From NCBI GenBank assembly GCA_043727235.1, contig JAYSYX010000377.1:1-61337 (forward strand): DNA of 61,337 nucleotides. Reading direction: 5' to 3'. A program made the translations under genes and the position numbers. The stretch is from Bacteroidota bacterium. GTDB taxonomy: Bacteria; Bacteroidota; Bacteroidia; Chitinophagales; BACL12. Of this stretch, positions 26,279-35,576 are shown in pieces; position 1 is the stretch's first letter, and every line of letters begins with the position of its first letter. A model generated the notes under the pieces. That model searched no databases. It was not told where the DNA came from and saw only the letters and a program-made list of their open reading frames with translations.

Positions 26279-26764
26279 TTATTTGGGAGTGCTTATACCA
26301 AACTTCTCCAACTTAACCCCAATACTTAAAACAAAAGGAAGTGGATTCATACGCATATCTTGTTCAAGAGAAATGGTATATTTTCCTTTTTGATCAAGTA
26401 AAAAATTACTTTGAACAAGTACCGAATTATAACAAATACCGTCTACACAAGTACCGATCCACTCGCCATTTGATTCTGATAAAATAACACTTACCTTATT
26501 TTCCTGAATAGTACTATCCGGAAAAATTGTGGTCATATTCACCCACAGATTATTATATGGATATTCATCTGTATGGCGAACATTAATATATAAATTATAG
26601 GTGGTATTGGTATCTAAAATAAATACCTCAAAATTTTCCTTTTCCCCATAAAACCATCCCTCCTTTTCCAGCGAAATATTTTTATCGAAAACACGCGATT
26701 TCTCGCAAGCGGAAAAAAATATTGAAGTTGTAAGTAAACAATATATTAGGAAAACCTTTTTCAA
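26279..26764 (-). CDS. gldH: Gliding-motility lipoprotein GldH
   Basis: 161 aa with a lipobox (FFSAC). RVFDK and YPYNNLWV match my recollection of GldH (RVFD, YPFNNLFL). The position downstream of the PSP1-like gene and holB matches the arrangement I recall in Bacteroidota. Confidence 0.7.
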   Translation of the reverse strand: MKKVFLIYCLLTTSIFFSACEKSRVFDKNISLEKEGWFYGEKENFEVFILDTNTTYNLYINVRHTDEYPYNNLWVNMTTIFPDSTIQENKVSVILSESNGEWIGTCVDGICYNSVLVQSNFLLDQKGKYTISLEQDMRMNPLPFVLSIGVKLEKFGISTPK

Positions 26765-26770
26765 AACAAA

Positions 26771-28168
26771 TTATTTTTTATCGTCAGGATTATTATCTCT
26801 GGTATTCGGATTATTTCTATTGTCTCTGTTCGGATTATTCCTGTTATTGCGATTGGGGTTGTTTCTGGTATCGCGGTTCGGATTATTTCGATTATCTCTG
26901 TTCGGATTTCTGTTTTCGCGGATCGGATTTATTCTGTCCTCAGGTTTTTTATTCCGGGTTGGATTATTATCCTGCTGATTTTGCGGTCTCGGATTTTGTG
27001 GTCTTTGATTTGGATTTTTCTGATTTGGAGTTCTTTGATTCGGGTTTCGCTGATTTGGATTTTTATTTTTCCTGCCTGCTTTTTCGATGGTCTTTAAACT
27101 TACATGTTCAATTACATTAATATAATCCACCTCTTTTTTGGCAGGTTCAGCTTCCACTTTTAATCCTTCGAGATGATCCGGTTTTTTACCCTCCACATTC
27201 ATGGCGCGAATTTCTTTTACTTTATCAATAGTTAAAGCATACTGTTTGTTTGCATCACTATATTCATACACCATTAATTTTTTAAAGATATCTGTTTTCA
27301 CCAGACGCGCATCACCATTTTCAGTTCTTAAAAAATCAGCATCCTTCGGAAACTCATGTAAGGCATCCATATAGGTATCCAGCTCATAATTCAAACAACA
27401 TTTTAACCGGCCGCACTGCCCGGATAATTTTGATTGATTAATACTGAGATTCTGATAACGGGCGGCATTTGTTCCAACCGATTTAAAATCTGTTAGCCAA
27501 GTTGAGCAACACAATTCGCGGCCACAAGATCCCAATCCTCCAATTTTACCTGCTTCCTGCCTTGCTCCGATCTGGCGCATCTCTACTTTGACCCGGAATT
27601 CCTTGGCATATAATTTTATTAATTCCCTGAAATCGACACGGTCATCAGCGATATAATAAAAAGTTGCTTTTCTCTTATCGCCCTGGTATTCCACTTCCCC
27701 AATCTTCATGTCGAGATTGAGTTCACGGGCAAATTTCCGCGCTTTAAGCATTGTTGCACCTTCCATAGCGCGACCTTCCATCATTTTTTGAACATCAGTT
27801 TCCGTTGCTTTACGCAAAATGGGTAAAAATTGACTTTCTGCATTTACCTTGCGCTTTTTCATTTGCAATTTCACCAATTCACCGGAAAGAGAGATCCTCC
27901 CAACGTCAAAACCGCTATCTGTCTCAACACAAACCATGTCGCCGGTCATCACATCTACCTTATTTTTATTTGCGTAAAAGCCTTTGCGTATCCCGTTTTT
28001 GAAGCTTATTTCATGCACGTTACACTCCTGACCCACGGGAACCGGAAGAAAACGCAACCAATCATAGGTGTTTAATTTATTACATCCTCCGGTGGCACAA
28101 TGCCCGTTACTCTTGCATCCCGTAGGAGTTCCTGTATTGGAACCAACTGAACATCCTGCACAACTCAT
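26771..28168 (-). CDS. PSP1 domain protein (RicT/YaaT-like) with a ~100-aa Asn/Pro/Arg-rich C-terminal tail
   Basis: 465 aa. Cys-rich N-terminus, then PSP1-like core FYYIADDRVDFRELIKLYAKEFRVKVEMRQIG.R and GSCGRELCCSTWL..CGRLKCCLNYE. The last 101 aa are degenerate NPN(Q/R)(R/D) repeats. Confidence 0.8.
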   Translation of the reverse strand: MSCAGCSVGSNTGTPTGCKSNGHCATGGCNKLNTYDWLRFLPVPVGQECNVHEISFKNGIRKGFYANKNKVDVMTGDMVCVETDSGFDVGRISLSGELVKLQMKKRKVNAESQFLPILRKATETDVQKMMEGRAMEGATMLKARKFARELNLDMKIGEVEYQGDKRKATFYYIADDRVDFRELIKLYAKEFRVKVEMRQIGARQEAGKIGGLGSCGRELCCSTWLTDFKSVGTNAARYQNLSINQSKLSGQCGRLKCCLNYELDTYMDALHEFPKDADFLRTENGDARLVKTDIFKKLMVYEYSDANKQYALTIDKVKEIRAMNVEGKKPDHLEGLKVEAEPAKKEVDYINVIEHVSLKTIEKAGRKNKNPNQRNPNQRTPNQKNPNQRPQNPRPQNQQDNNPTRNKKPEDRINPIRENRNPNRDNRNNPNRDTRNNPNRNNRNNPNRDNRNNPNTRDNNPDDKK

Positions 28169-28180
28169 TTCGTATATCTT

Positions 28181-29332
28181 TTAAATGGACCACTTTTCGA
28201 AAAATGGTTCACGGTAATTGTAATTTGGTTGAAACTGTTTTAAAAGGGTGATAGAAACGTATGCAATCAATATTTTAGGATTTACGTTTCTTTCTACAAA
28301 GTAAATACTTTTATCAAACAGTTCGAGTATTCGGGTAATTTTTTCTACACCGAGCAGCTTTCCTAGTCCCGCAGCCGTTTTCAATTCGGCATCGGTAAGC
28401 TTAGAAATACTAGCAGCACCTGCTTCAATAAGCAATATTTCCCTAAAAAAGTGCAGACAATACTGAAAGAAATTTTTTTGGTTCTCCCTGCCTTGTTTCA
28501 CAAATTTGTCGTTCCATGCATATAACCCTTTAATATTCTGTCTATAACACACTTCCATCCATTCGCGGATCAGAATCCCGTCCCCATCTTCTTCCATAGC
28601 GACAAGTTGAGCAGCCTCATTAAAATCTCCATCACTCAGAGCTGCTATTTTTTTTGATTGTGCAGCGGGAATATTGAATTTTTCCCACAATGCTCCAATT
28701 ATTTCCTCATCGCTAAGCCTGTTGAATTTTAATATCTGTAATCGGGAAAGGATGGTATTTAATACTCTTTCCTGATCATTTGCTACGAGAATAAAAACGG
28801 TATTGTCGGGTGGTTCTTCTATTATTTTTAATAATCGGTTCCCTTCTTTTTCTAGAAATTCGGGCAACCAAAGAATTAATACTTTATATGTTGCCTCAAA
28901 ATTTTTCATACTTAAGCGCCGCAATATATCGGAACATTCTTTGGAGGTGATATTGCCCTGTTTATTTTCTGCCGCTATGGATGTTATCCAATGATTGTAA
29001 TTTGCATAAGGAGTTTTTTGCAGAAATTCTCGCCAATCAGGCATATAATCGGCACATAATTCTTTTTTGTCGGTTTTAACAAAAGGAAAAGTGTAATGAA
29101 TGTCGGGATGAATAAATTTTTGTGATTTAATACAGTCCGGACATTTTCCGCAGGAATCATCCTCAGTTCTGTTTTCGCAATTTATAAATTGAGCATAGGC
29201 CAATGCCATTGCAAGATTTCCGCAACCTTCAGGCCCTAAAAACAGCTGAGCATGACTTACACGGTTTTCCTGAACAGCCTTTATCAGTTGTTGTTTTATT
29301 TTGATATGACCTGTTACATCTTTAAAAAACAC
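28181..29332 (-). CDS. holB: DNA polymerase III subunit delta-prime
   Basis: 383 aa. HAQLFLGPEGCGNLAMALAYAQFINC, a Cys-rich zinc-module-like segment CGKCPDC, LLKIIEEPP and ILSRLQ are typical clamp-loader delta-prime motifs. Confidence 0.85.
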   Translation of the reverse strand: MFFKDVTGHIKIKQQLIKAVQENRVSHAQLFLGPEGCGNLAMALAYAQFINCENRTEDDSCGKCPDCIKSQKFIHPDIHYTFPFVKTDKKELCADYMPDWREFLQKTPYANYNHWITSIAAENKQGNITSKECSDILRRLSMKNFEATYKVLILWLPEFLEKEGNRLLKIIEEPPDNTVFILVANDQERVLNTILSRLQILKFNRLSDEEIIGALWEKFNIPAAQSKKIAALSDGDFNEAAQLVAMEEDGDGILIREWMEVCYRQNIKGLYAWNDKFVKQGRENQKNFFQYCLHFFREILLIEAGAASISKLTDAELKTAAGLGKLLGVEKITRILELFDKSIYFVERNVNPKILIAYVSITLLKQFQPNYNYREPFFEKWSI

Positions 29333-29571
29333 GTAAAATATTTTGGGATAAAGTTAAGATTTAGAGTGGATCTTTTTCGACCAAGGATAACAAAGTTTCG
29401 ACGGGAAAGATGGAAATAAGTTATTTAACAAAAAATATTTTTTATAAAAATTCCAATTTATACCAAATTCAAGAGAAATATCATCTCCTGAAAATTCAAC
29501 TCAAATCCTTTGTGTACCTTCGCGACTTATTGGCCTTGCATTTTACACGTCATAAGTTTTGAAAAGAAATA

Positions 29572-30060
29572 TCAATTCAAATTCAGCAAACCCATTAATT
29601 CTTCATTGATCGGATCAACTGATGGTGGAAATACGGCAATTAATTCTCCCTCTTCGTTTAGCAGAAATTTTTGGAAATTCCAGGTGATGGATTTATTGAG
29701 ATCACCATCCAGACTTTGTTCCTTTAACCATTTGAAAACAGGATTTATCGACTCGCCTATTACCTCGCTTTTTGCAGCCAACGGAAATGTAACGCCGTAA
29801 CGGTAAGAACAAAAATTACGGATCTCCTTGTTTGTGCCTGGTTCCTGCTCACCAAAATTATTGGAGGGAAATCCAACAACCACCAGATTGTTGTTAAAAT
29901 TTGTAAATAATTCCTGTAATTGATGGTATTGTGTAGTGAATTCACAATCGCTTGCAGTGTTCACTATGAGCAATTTTTTGCCCTTAAATGTTGAGAAATC
30001 AATTTCTCCACCCTCAATAGAAGGCACTTTGAAGGTATGTATTGTGTTTTCCTTGACCAT
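29572..30060 (-). CDS. Glutathione peroxidase family protein
   Basis: 162 aa. NTASDCEFT (peroxidatic Cys), FPSNNFGEQEPG and WNFQKFL are classic GPx signature blocks. Confidence 0.88.
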   Translation of the reverse strand: MVKENTIHTFKVPSIEGGEIDFSTFKGKKLLIVNTASDCEFTTQYHQLQELFTNFNNNLVVVGFPSNNFGEQEPGTNKEIRNFCSYRYGVTFPLAAKSEVIGESINPVFKWLKEQSLDGDLNKSITWNFQKFLLNEEGELIAVFPPSVDPINEELMGLLNLN

Positions 30061-30187
30061 CTGTGTAATAGCAGCAAAATTAAGCCAAAAATCTTATCTG
30101 GAAACAATCTAATTAACATCAAACACAAAATAGCACTCTTTCCTGTTTTTTTAACAACCTTTGTAGTTTACTGTTTGTTATTGCGAT

Positions 30188-30595
30188 ATGAGAACTACCG
30201 TTTGCAGAAGAGCCACTTTTAATGCGGCACACAGATTATTTAATCCGGCGTGGGATGATATGACGAACGACCGCGTTTTTGGTTTATGTAATAATCCGAA
30301 TTTCCACGGACACAACTACACGCTTATTGTAAAAATAACGGGTGATATAAATCCTGAGACAGGATATGTAATTGATCTTAAAATTGTAAAGGATCTTATA
30401 GATCAATTGGTGATAGAACCCTTCGATCATAATAATTTAAATCTGGATGTACCTGAATTTAAATATTTAAATCCCACCGCTGAAAATATTGCAAAGGTAA
30501 TTTGGGCGAAATTCAGACATCATCTTGATCTGGCATTTGATATTAAAATTCAACTGTATGAAACAGAGAATAATTTTGTAGAATATCCGGGTTGA
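30188..30595 (+). CDS. queD: 6-carboxytetrahydropterin / 6-pyruvoyl-tetrahydropterin synthase family protein
   Basis: 135 aa. FNAAHRL..HGHNY..VIDL..DHNNLN..PTAENIA are PTPS/QueD family motifs. I cannot separate QueD from PTPS function by eye. Confidence 0.75.
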   Translation: MRTTVCRRATFNAAHRLFNPAWDDMTNDRVFGLCNNPNFHGHNYTLIVKITGDINPETGYVIDLKIVKDLIDQLVIEPFDHNNLNLDVPEFKYLNPTAENIAKVIWAKFRHHLDLAFDIKIQLYETENNFVEYPG

Positions 30596-30597
30596 AA

Positions 30598-31005
30598 TTA
30601 AACTATCCTCAATTTATTCTCATCTCCCATTTTAAATAACATTAATCCTGCAATATTTTTCCCGCGTATTTTCATTGCTTCTGCATTAGCTCCGGCAAAC
30701 AAACCATCAATCGTTTCTGTAAATAAAAGTACCCATCTATCAAAGTGTGTTGAGGTTAGTTTTACTTTTTCATTTAATTTAAAATGTGGGGCCATGGCAT
30801 TTCGCGCATATATTGCGGTACCTAATACAGTGGCTTCCCAAAAATCGTACATGATAGGTAAATGATCTGTCCAGTTTACTTTGGCAATATCATTAAATAT
30901 AAAACCTATCGTATCATCGAGTTTTACTTTTTCATAAAAGGCGTCAATAATAATTTTAATGTCTTCTCTGTTTTTAATATCTTTATTCACTTCCATTTTA
31001 TTCAT
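30598..31005 (-). CDS. Group III truncated haemoglobin-like protein
   Basis: 135 aa. DAFYEKVKLDDTIGFIF...W.DHLPIMYDFW resembles Campylobacter Ctb-type trHb as I remember it. It overlaps the upstream OsmC gene by 8 nt. Confidence 0.6.
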   Translation of the reverse strand: MNKMEVNKDIKNREDIKIIIDAFYEKVKLDDTIGFIFNDIAKVNWTDHLPIMYDFWEATVLGTAIYARNAMAPHFKLNEKVKLTSTHFDRWVLLFTETIDGLFAGANAEAMKIRGKNIAGLMLFKMGDENKLRIV

Positions 31006-31402
31006 CGTTCAGTAATTCGGTATTGATTTTTATTGATCTTGAAAATATTTTATGAACAGGACATTTATCTGCTACTAATAATAATCTGGTTTGCATTTCT
31101 TCCGTAACCGGATTAGAAAATTTAATTTTCCTGTGAAAAATTGCCTCTGAATCTGCATTTTCCAACGCCACATCTACTTTTATTTCACCAATCTCCCACT
31201 TTTTTTGGTCTGCATACATGCGCAAGGTGATGGATGTACATGCAGCCAAACTCATACATAATAATTCACGTGGTGCTGGACCAAGGTCTGTGCCACCTTT
31301 TGCTGTTGGTTCGTCAACAATAATTTCAGATCGCCCATTGCTTAGTACCGTTTTATACCGATTTGTTCCCAAATGAGATGTGATATGTATTTTATCCTCC
31401 AT
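30998..31402 (-). CDS. OsmC/Ohr family peroxiredoxin-like protein
   Basis: 134 aa. GGTDLGPAPRELLCMSLAACTSITLRMYA and ADKCPVHKI carry the two conserved Cys of the OsmC family. Confidence 0.8.
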   Translation of the reverse strand: MEDKIHITSHLGTNRYKTVLSNGRSEIIVDEPTAKGGTDLGPAPRELLCMSLAACTSITLRMYADQKKWEIGEIKVDVALENADSEAIFHRKIKFSNPVTEEMQTRLLLVADKCPVHKIFSRSIKINTELLNDE

Positions 31403-31584
31403 ACTCTGATTTTAATAAATATTTGCTAAAGGTATACAGAGGAAGGGTTTTTGTTATAAAACATTGGTTAACAATGTTTATCCTTACATTAACCTTAATT
31501 AACTTTGTGCACCAAATTAATTGGGAGGAGGCACTGTTAACTTTGCAACATCGTGCTTTTTCACATTGACTAAACTTATTTTGC

Positions 31585-32586
31585 ATGGAAACTTTGGCAT
31601 CTGCTGAAATTAAAGAATTAAACGACCGTATTCACGAAGAAAGTGCATTTATTGACCTCCTGCGCCTTGAAACCTCAAAGGTTATAATCGGTCAAAAATA
31701 TATGATAGACAGACTTTTACTGGGTCTTCTTTCTCAAGGACATATTTTGCTGGAAGGAGTTCCCGGGCTAGCTAAAACATTGGCAATCAAGACCTTAGCT
31801 TCAGCAATAAACGCGAAATTTTCAAGAATACAATTTACTCCTGATCTGCTACCCGCAGACTTGGTAGGTACACTTATCTACAATCAAAAGGACAATGTTT
31901 TCAGTGTAAAAAAGGGTCCTATTTTCGCGAATTTTATTCTCGCGGATGAGATCAACAGGGCACCGGCAAAGGTGCAAAGTGCCTTATTGGAATCTATGCA
32001 GGAGAAACAAGTAACAATAGGTGATACAACTTATAAATTAGAAGAGCCGTTTTTGGTGCTGGCTACTCAAAATCCGATAGAACAGGAAGGAACATATCCC
32101 CTACCTGAGGCACAAGTGGACCGTTTTATGATGAAAGTGGTGATAAATTACCCCACGAAGGAGGATGAAAAGCTCATAATCAGGCAAAATGTCTCCGGAG
32201 CCGAAATAAAGATAAAACAGGTAATTTCTCCGGAACAAATTCTTTCTGCAAGAAATATTGTAAAAGATGTTTATATGGATGAAAAGATTGAGAATTATAT
32301 TCTTGATATCGTTTTTGCTACCAGAAAGCCGGAAGATTATAAATTAAATAAAATAAAACATCTCATTACATACGGTGGATCTCCAAGGGCATCAATAAAT
32401 CTTGCATTGGCAAGTAAAGCTTATGCCTTTATTAAAAGAAGAGGATATGTAATTCCCGAAGACGTACGCGCCATCTGTCACGATGTACTTCGCCATCGCG
32501 TCGGATTAACCTACGAAGCGGAAGCGGAAAATATCACTTCGGAGGATATTATTTCGGAGATTCTTAACGTAGTAGAGGTACCGTGA
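31585..32586 (+). CDS. moxR: MoxR-family AAA+ ATPase (first gene of the Bat aerotolerance operon)
   Basis: 333 aa. Walker A LLEGVPGLAKT, RIQFTPDLLPADLVG, Walker B ILADEINRAPAKVQSALLE, VLATQNPIEQEGTYPLPEAQVDRF. Confidence 0.93.
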   Translation: METLASAEIKELNDRIHEESAFIDLLRLETSKVIIGQKYMIDRLLLGLLSQGHILLEGVPGLAKTLAIKTLASAINAKFSRIQFTPDLLPADLVGTLIYNQKDNVFSVKKGPIFANFILADEINRAPAKVQSALLESMQEKQVTIGDTTYKLEEPFLVLATQNPIEQEGTYPLPEAQVDRFMMKVVINYPTKEDEKLIIRQNVSGAEIKIKQVISPEQILSARNIVKDVYMDEKIENYILDIVFATRKPEDYKLNKIKHLITYGGSPRASINLALASKAYAFIKRRGYVIPEDVRAICHDVLRHRVGLTYEAEAENITSEDIISEILNVVEVP

Positions 32587-32592
32587 GAAAAA

Positions 32593-32637
32593 GTTGAAAG
32601 GGTTGAAAAAGTTGAAAGTGTTGAAGGGGTTGAAAAC
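32593..32637 (+). repeat. 9-nt word array gttgaaaNN x5
   Basis: gttgaa starts at 32593, 32602, 32611, 32620 and 32629, an exact 9-nt period. It begins 7 nt after the moxR stop, inside the operon. Confidence 0.8.
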
Positions 32638-32652
32638 GTTTAATACGGAGGG

Positions 32653-32685
32653 ACTGAGGCTCTCGCTCTTAGCGAGGGTCTCAGT
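32653..32685 (+). repeat. H2-family stem-loop, copy 1
   Basis: actgaggctctcgct / ctt / agcgagggtctcagt forms a 15-bp stem. Two of the pairs are G.U only when read as plus-strand RNA. Confidence 0.75.
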
Positions 32686-32713
32686 AAAGTAGTAACACGA
32701 AACAACCAATTAT

Positions 32714-32758
32714 CAAATTATCAAATTAATAAATTACCAAATTAATTGACCCAAATTG
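32714..32758 (+). repeat. Word array caaatta(t/a) x5
   Basis: caaatta occurs at 32714, 32722, (32730), 32738 and 32752. The array runs into the start of the DUF58 gene. Confidence 0.6.
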
Positions 32759-33631
32759 GAGAAGGCAGCATTATTAAAAAAAGTCAGATCCATTGAAATT
32801 AAAACCAAGAGTATATCGCAAAATATCTTTTCGGGGGAATATCAATCTGCATTTAAGGGAAGGGGAATGAGTTTCAGCGAGGTGCGTGAATATACATTTG
32901 GCGATGATGTGCGCAATATAGAATGGAATGTTACTGCCCGCATGAGTCATCCCTATATTAAAGTGTTTGAGGAGGAACGGGAATTGACTGTTATGCTTAT
33001 TATTGATGTAAGTCAGTCGTCGTATTTTGGAACACAAATTCAAATGAAAAATGCACTGATAACAGAAATTGCTGCAGTATTATCTTTTTCTGCAATTAAT
33101 AATAACGACAAGGTTGGAGTGATATTATTTTCTGACCGTATCGAAAAATTCATTCCTCCCAAAAAAGGGAAGTCGCACATATTGCGAATAATCAGTGATC
33201 TAATAGAAGTAACTCCTGCCGGAAAAGGAACAAATATTTCCCTAGCATTGGAATACTTTAATAATGTGGTGAAAAAAAGGAGTATTGCTTTTGTTTTCAG
33301 CGATTTTATTGATACAGACTATGAAAAACCATTGAGGATAGCTGCGCGCAAACACGATCTTATCGGAGTTCATATTCACGATAAAAGAGAAGAGGAATTA
33401 CCGGATGTTGGTATAGTTCGCATGTTGGATGCTGAAAAAGAGAAGGTGATGTGGGTAGATACATCTGATAGAAACACAAGAGCACGTTATAAAAAGAATT
33501 TTATTGAAAACGTATCGCAATTTAAGACTACCTTTTCGAAAAGCGGTGCAGATACCATAAGTATTAACAGTGAAAAACCTTATATCAACGAATTACATAA
33601 ATTTTTTAGGAAAAGAATAATGATGCGTTAA
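32756..33631 (+). CDS. DUF58 family protein (MoxR-associated, vWA-like)
   Basis: 291 aa with a TTG start in the track. FSGEYQSAFKGRGMSFSEVREYTFGDDVRNIEWNVTAR is the DUF58 hallmark block, and the gene follows moxR. Confidence 0.85.
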   Translation: MEKAALLKKVRSIEIKTKSISQNIFSGEYQSAFKGRGMSFSEVREYTFGDDVRNIEWNVTARMSHPYIKVFEEERELTVMLIIDVSQSSYFGTQIQMKNALITEIAAVLSFSAINNNDKVGVILFSDRIEKFIPPKKGKSHILRIISDLIEVTPAGKGTNISLALEYFNNVVKKRSIAFVFSDFIDTDYEKPLRIAARKHDLIGVHIHDKREEELPDVGIVRMLDAEKEKVMWVDTSDRNTRARYKKNFIENVSQFKTTFSKSGADTISINSEKPYINELHKFFRKRIMMR

Positions 33632-33636
33632 CGAGT

Positions 33637-34563
33637 ATGCGGATAGGAATTTTATTTATATTTATATTAATTACCACAAATTTGTTGAATGCACAGATAA
33701 GTGTATCAGCAAAAACGGATAAGAGCCAATATCTCATAGGCGATTATATTCGTGTGCAATTAAATATTACCTCTGATTCCACCTATAATCTAGACTGGCC
33801 GGCAGAAAACGAAGTAACATCTTACGAACTTATAACAAGTAATCCCATTGATACTACAAGGATCAATAATGCATATCATTTAAGTCAGGAAATTGTTTTC
33901 AGCATTTATGATTCAGGTATTTATTATCTCCCACAAATAAAAATACCCTATAAAAAATTACGGGATACTTCAACATATTTTGCATATTCAGATTCTGTTT
34001 TGTTTACGGTTAACACAATACCTATAGATACAACTTCAACAATTAAACCTATAAAAGAGGTAATTGATGTTAACGTAAAAAATTATACATGGATCTTTAT
34101 CGTTTGTGGATTATTGTTACTTGCCGGAATTGCTGCTGTAATTTATTTTGTATTCTATAAAAACAAGATACAGATCACAATAAAAGAAAATGTAAAAACT
34201 ATCTCTTACTATGACCAAACAATGCAGTTACTAAAGGAATTAGATGCTAAAAAATTATGGCAAAAGGATGATCTCAAACAATATTATTCCGAATTAACAG
34301 AAATTATCAGAGCTTATATGGAAAAACGATTTGGGATTAATGCCTTGGAAAGCACCTCTGATGAAATACTTACACAATTAAATAATGTAATAATATCAAC
34401 TGAACAAAGGGAACAAATACGTTACATTCTTGAATTGGCAGATCTTGCAAAATTTGCAAAATCGCGACCGCTTCAAAATGAAAATATTCAGGCAATTCAA
34501 AATGCCTTTGTTTTTGTAGAAACAACAAAACCTGTGGAAACAAAACCGGAATTAAAACAATGA
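33637..34563 (+). CDS. Membrane protein, BatD-like N-terminus plus DUF4381-like C-terminus
   Basis: 308 aa with a signal peptide and one central TM (IFIVCGLLLLAGIAAVIYFVFY). The helical tail FYSELTEIIRAYMEKRFGINALESTSDEIL is like DUF4381 proteins found between DUF58 and batA. Confidence 0.6.
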   Translation: MRIGILFIFILITTNLLNAQISVSAKTDKSQYLIGDYIRVQLNITSDSTYNLDWPAENEVTSYELITSNPIDTTRINNAYHLSQEIVFSIYDSGIYYLPQIKIPYKKLRDTSTYFAYSDSVLFTVNTIPIDTTSTIKPIKEVIDVNVKNYTWIFIVCGLLLLAGIAAVIYFVFYKNKIQITIKENVKTISYYDQTMQLLKELDAKKLWQKDDLKQYYSELTEIIRAYMEKRFGINALESTSDEILTQLNNVIISTEQREQIRYILELADLAKFAKSRPLQNENIQAIQNAFVFVETTKPVETKPELKQ

Positions 34564-35576
34564 TGGATTTTATACAAGATATTAGATTTGAAGACCCCTG
34601 GTTTTTTCTGCTGCTAATGCTGCTGCCTCTTTATATCTATTACTATAAAAATCGGGCCCGGAATAAATATGTGGAGTTTAAAATTTCATCTTTAGGTGGA
34701 TTGCAAAAACAAAACTTTACTCCCGCAAAAATTAAATGGTTGCCTTCATTATTTATTTTAAGGATTTTGAGCTTTATTATGATCGTAATTGCACTTGCGC
34801 GACCGCAAACAGGTTTCAGCAATAAAAAGATATCTTCAGAAGGAATTGATATGATGCTGTCGTTGGATGTTTCTACAAGTATGTATGCAATTGATTTCAG
34901 GCCAAACAGAATGGAAGCGGCAAAGGTTGCAGCAAAAGAATTTATCGACAGTCGCCCCGGTGACAGGATCGGCCTGGTGGTTTTTGCCGGAGAAACATTT
35001 ACGCAATGTCCTGCAACACTGGATCACGAATTATTAAAAACGCAGGTGGATAATGCAGATAATTGGTACTTACAAGATGGCACTGCAATTGGTGATGGAT
35101 TATTTATGGCAGTGAACAGGTTGGCGGACACAAGCAACTTAAGTACTAAAGTAATTATACTTTTAACCGATGGTGTTAGAATGGGAGGAAAATTTTCTCC
35201 TTTAGATGCCGCTAATGCTGCCAAACAATTAAATATTCGTGTATATACCATAGGTGTGGGAAGTGAAACAAATACGCCTATTCCGGTAGTGGATAAAAAC
35301 GGAAGAAGAGTTTTTGATCTTGACCCACGCATTTCATTTGATGAAACAACACTAAAGGAAATTGCGAATATCACTGGCGGCACCTACTTTAAGGCAACAT
35401 CTAAAGAAAAACTCTCAGAAGTTTACAGTGAAATTGATACAATAGAAAAACAAAAAATAGATGTGGATATTACCAGAAGATACGACGAACAATTTCATTT
35501 GTTTGCCTTGGCGGGATTTATTTTATTATTATTTGAGTTAATTTTAACACATACAATTTTCAGATCAGTAACATAA
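34560..35576 (+). CDS. batA: vWA-domain aerotolerance protein BatA
   Basis: 338 aa. N-terminal TMs, vWA MIDAS block MLSLDVSTSM, LLTDG, GTAIGDG, C-terminal TM. It has an ATGA overlap with the upstream gene. Confidence 0.85.
   Translation: MMDFIQDIRFEDPWFFLLLMLLPLYIYYYKNRARNKYVEFKISSLGGLQKQNFTPAKIKWLPSLFILRILSFIMIVIALARPQTGFSNKKISSEGIDMMLSLDVSTSMYAIDFRPNRMEAAKVAAKEFIDSRPGDRIGLVVFAGETFTQCPATLDHELLKTQVDNADNWYLQDGTAIGDGLFMAVNRLADTSNLSTKVIILLTDGVRMGGKFSPLDAANAAKQLNIRVYTIGVGSETNTPIPVVDKNGRRVFDLDPRISFDETTLKEIANITGGTYFKATSKEKLSEVYSEIDTIEKQKIDVDITRRYDEQFHLFALAGFILLLFELILTHTIFRSVT

Noticed and set aside
32506-32709. 67-aa minus-strand ORF spanning the moxR-DUF58 spacer.
   Set aside because: Its peptide FNPFNTFNFFNPFNFF is simply the antisense reading of the gttgaaaNN x5 array, and it overlaps the moxR 3' end.
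35078-35092. Sigma-54-type promoter-like string TGGCAC-N5-TTGG, considered because rpoN is present.
   Set aside because: It lies inside the batA coding sequence, the -12 element is imperfect (TTGG rather than TTGC), and no enhancer-binding protein gene is nearby. Other TGGCAC occurrences lack a -12 element at the right spacing.
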